Positions 62,424-64,000 of a DNA stretch of 64,000 nt are shown here, in pieces. A program made the translations under genes and the position numbers. The DNA is taken from positions 64,001-128,000 of the forward strand of contig CAWCYI010000004.1 in assembly GCA_963799845.1 (NCBI GenBank), in the 5' to 3' direction. How positions within the stretch are numbered: position 1 is the stretch's first letter; each line of letters starts with the position of its first letter. Source of the DNA: an uncultured Nitrososphaerota archaeon (lineage in GTDB: Archaea > Thermoproteota > Nitrososphaeria > Nitrososphaerales > CADDZS01). A model generated the notes under the pieces. That model searched no databases. It had not been told where the DNA came from and saw nothing but the letters and a program-made list of their open reading frames with translations.

Positions 62424-63363
62424 TCATCCCGTCCAAACTGGTGTACCCGTTATTCCGCATGTAAGAAGAGATCCCGTCGTTGATATTTTCGAACGTCTTG
62501 AGAAACTCGCCCGACATGGCGCTTCCAATCTGAATGCAGCGAGCTCCCGCAAGAAAATACTCTACAGCATGGGACCAATCAGAGACTCCTCCAACTCCAA
62601 TAATCGGTATGCTAATCGAGTCATAGAGTTCGTATACAGCCCGAACGCCGATTGGTCTAATCGCGCTGCCAGAGAGGCCTCCGATCTTGTTCGACAGTAT
62701 TGGTCGGCGGGATCGGATGTCGATTGACATTGCTCTAACAGTGTTGATCGCAACAATCGCGTCAGCTCCAGATCTCTCAATTTCCCTTCCCCAAGCAGGT
62801 ACGTTCATGATGCTTGCCGGCATTTTCACAAGGACAGGCTTGTCTGTCACATCCTTGAGGGCTGAAATGACCTTTCCTGATAGTTTCAAATCGCCTCCGA
62901 TTTCAGAGCCAACGTCTTTTACGTGGGGACACGAGAGATTAAGCTCGAACGCGAGGAATTCACCTCCATCCAGCGCGCTCGCTACTCTCGCAAAGTTCTC
63001 GGGGCAATCTGCAAAGATACTGATTATCAAAGGGGTTCTACCGGAATCTGACTTGTTGAACCCTTCGAGTTCTCGAGCGAAGATCTCTACGCCCGGATTT
63101 GCAAGTCCGATTGCGTTCAGATACCCGGATTCAACTCCGGTCATCGTAGGATTTCTGTAGCCTTCTCTCGGTTCAACCCCGATTGATTTAGTGACGATGG
63201 CCCCGCAGCCGCTGGAAATAATCCTAGGAAATAGTTCGAAAGATATTCCCAAAACTCCCGACGCAAGCATCGTCGGAGAATCAAGACGGAACCCGCAAAA
63301 CTCGACAGATAATTGCGAGCGATTTTTTTTACGATGAAAGGAAGTCTTGGAACGTTCTTCCAC
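62404..63363 (-). CDS. pyrD: Dihydroorotate dehydrogenase, family 1B catalytic subunit
   Basis: LASGVLG, NAIGLANPG, ELNLSCPH, GGLSG, IIGVGG. Confidence 0.95.
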   Translation of the reverse strand: MEERSKTSFHRKKNRSQLSVEFCGFRLDSPTMLASGVLGISFELFPRIISSGCGAIVTKSIGVEPREGYRNPTMTGVESGYLNAIGLANPGVEIFARELEGFNKSDSGRTPLIISIFADCPENFARVASALDGGEFLAFELNLSCPHVKDVGSEIGGDLKLSGKVISALKDVTDKPVLVKMPASIMNVPAWGREIERSGADAIVAINTVRAMSIDIRSRRPILSNKIGGLSGSAIRPIGVRAVYELYDSISIPIIGVGGVSDWSHAVEYFLAGARCIQIGSAMSGEFLKTFENINDGISSYMRNNGYTSLDGMIGDAHN

Positions 63364-63439
63364 TTTCAGACCTGATCTATCACAAATTCACCAAACCCTT
63401 TAAGACTGACGGTGAAAACGTCCAATCCAGAAGATTTCT

Positions 63440-64000
63440 TTGAAAAAATTTCTCGTCGTGAGTGAGCTCGGGCTGCTCCTCCTCGATGATACAAAGCAAC
63501 CGATTGCTAATCTTCCCTTTCCAAAGGAAGGTCGAGCTGAGAGCTATTTGGACGCGAGCTCCGGTACGATTTCCGAGCAGGAGATTGCCTGGCTAAAGGA
63601 AAACCTCAAGCCGGGGGATTTACTATTTTCCGATTCAGGCGTTTTGCAGGGCCTTCGCGAGCTGTCGAACGAAATTCAACCGGTCAGCGAGCTGGAACAA
63701 AGGGAGATAAGAAAGAATCAGATTCAGCTACTCGCAAAATCAGGGTTAGCTAGCACAGTCGAAGAGGCCGAAGAATCAGTGAGAGAGGTTTCGGTTGAGA
63801 TCTCGTCAATCCGCATCAAGGAAATGTCCTCGAATCCTGATCTCCAGGCGATGGAAGCAGTTCAGGCGCTGGATGAAGTAGACAAAACTGCCAACATCCT
63901 GAGCTCGAGGCTTCGCGAGTGGTACGGCCTCCACTTTCCCGAGTTGACCTCAATGGTCGACGACAACATTTCGCTGACCAAGCTAATTTTGAATTTCAAG
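63440..64000 (+). CDS. nop5: C/D box sRNP core protein Nop5/Nop56 (N-terminal part; runs off window)
   Basis: DLQAMEAVQALDEVDKTANILSSRLREWYGLHFPEL. Confidence 0.93.
   Translation, partial: MKKFLVVSELGLLLLDDTKQPIANLPFPKEGRAESYLDASSGTISEQEIAWLKENLKPGDLLFSDSGVLQGLRELSNEIQPVSELEQREIRKNQIQLLAKSGLASTVEEAEESVREVSVEISSIRIKEMSSNPDLQAMEAVQALDEVDKTANILSSRLREWYGLHFPELTSMVDDNISLTKLILNFK

Overview
Archaeal chromosome segment, most likely Nitrososphaerota (Thaumarchaeota). The call is inferred from the Cdv/ESCRT-III-Vps4 cluster, the atpC-tfe-trm56-mbf1-PUA-nac-atp synteny, rps30e/nop5 and an intron-bearing tRNA; the heterotrophic gene content hints at a non-ammonia-oxidising lineage. Most of the window is core genome (aspS, cdv, ileS, ychF, lhr, rpa, nrdJ, pyrB/D/K, A/V-ATPase, nop5). 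It also holds two IS elements (IS481, IS701), a decayed HNH endonuclease, a double-intron tRNA-Gly and a ~15 kb accessory region after that tRNA. Top candidate system (11.9-13.6 kb): a CCA-encoding tRNA-like RNA hidden under shadow ORFs, with a perfect tRNA core but an aberrant anticodon loop (CG-GUC-UC) and a bulged T-stem. It is divergent from an Lrp regulator and a TyrRS that keeps the tyrosine pocket but has lost the G34 anticodon-reading motif. Other notable points: nine single-base frameshifts sit directly 5' of AGCT (8) or GATC (1), probably a methylation-linked sequencing artefact; 8 AGCT sites form a helically phased intergenic cluster; and an HTH-ATP-cone-dead-NrdD pseudoenzyme lies upstream of nrdJ together with an 18-bp perfect palindrome. 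All calls come from reading the sequence by eye; no database searches were run.
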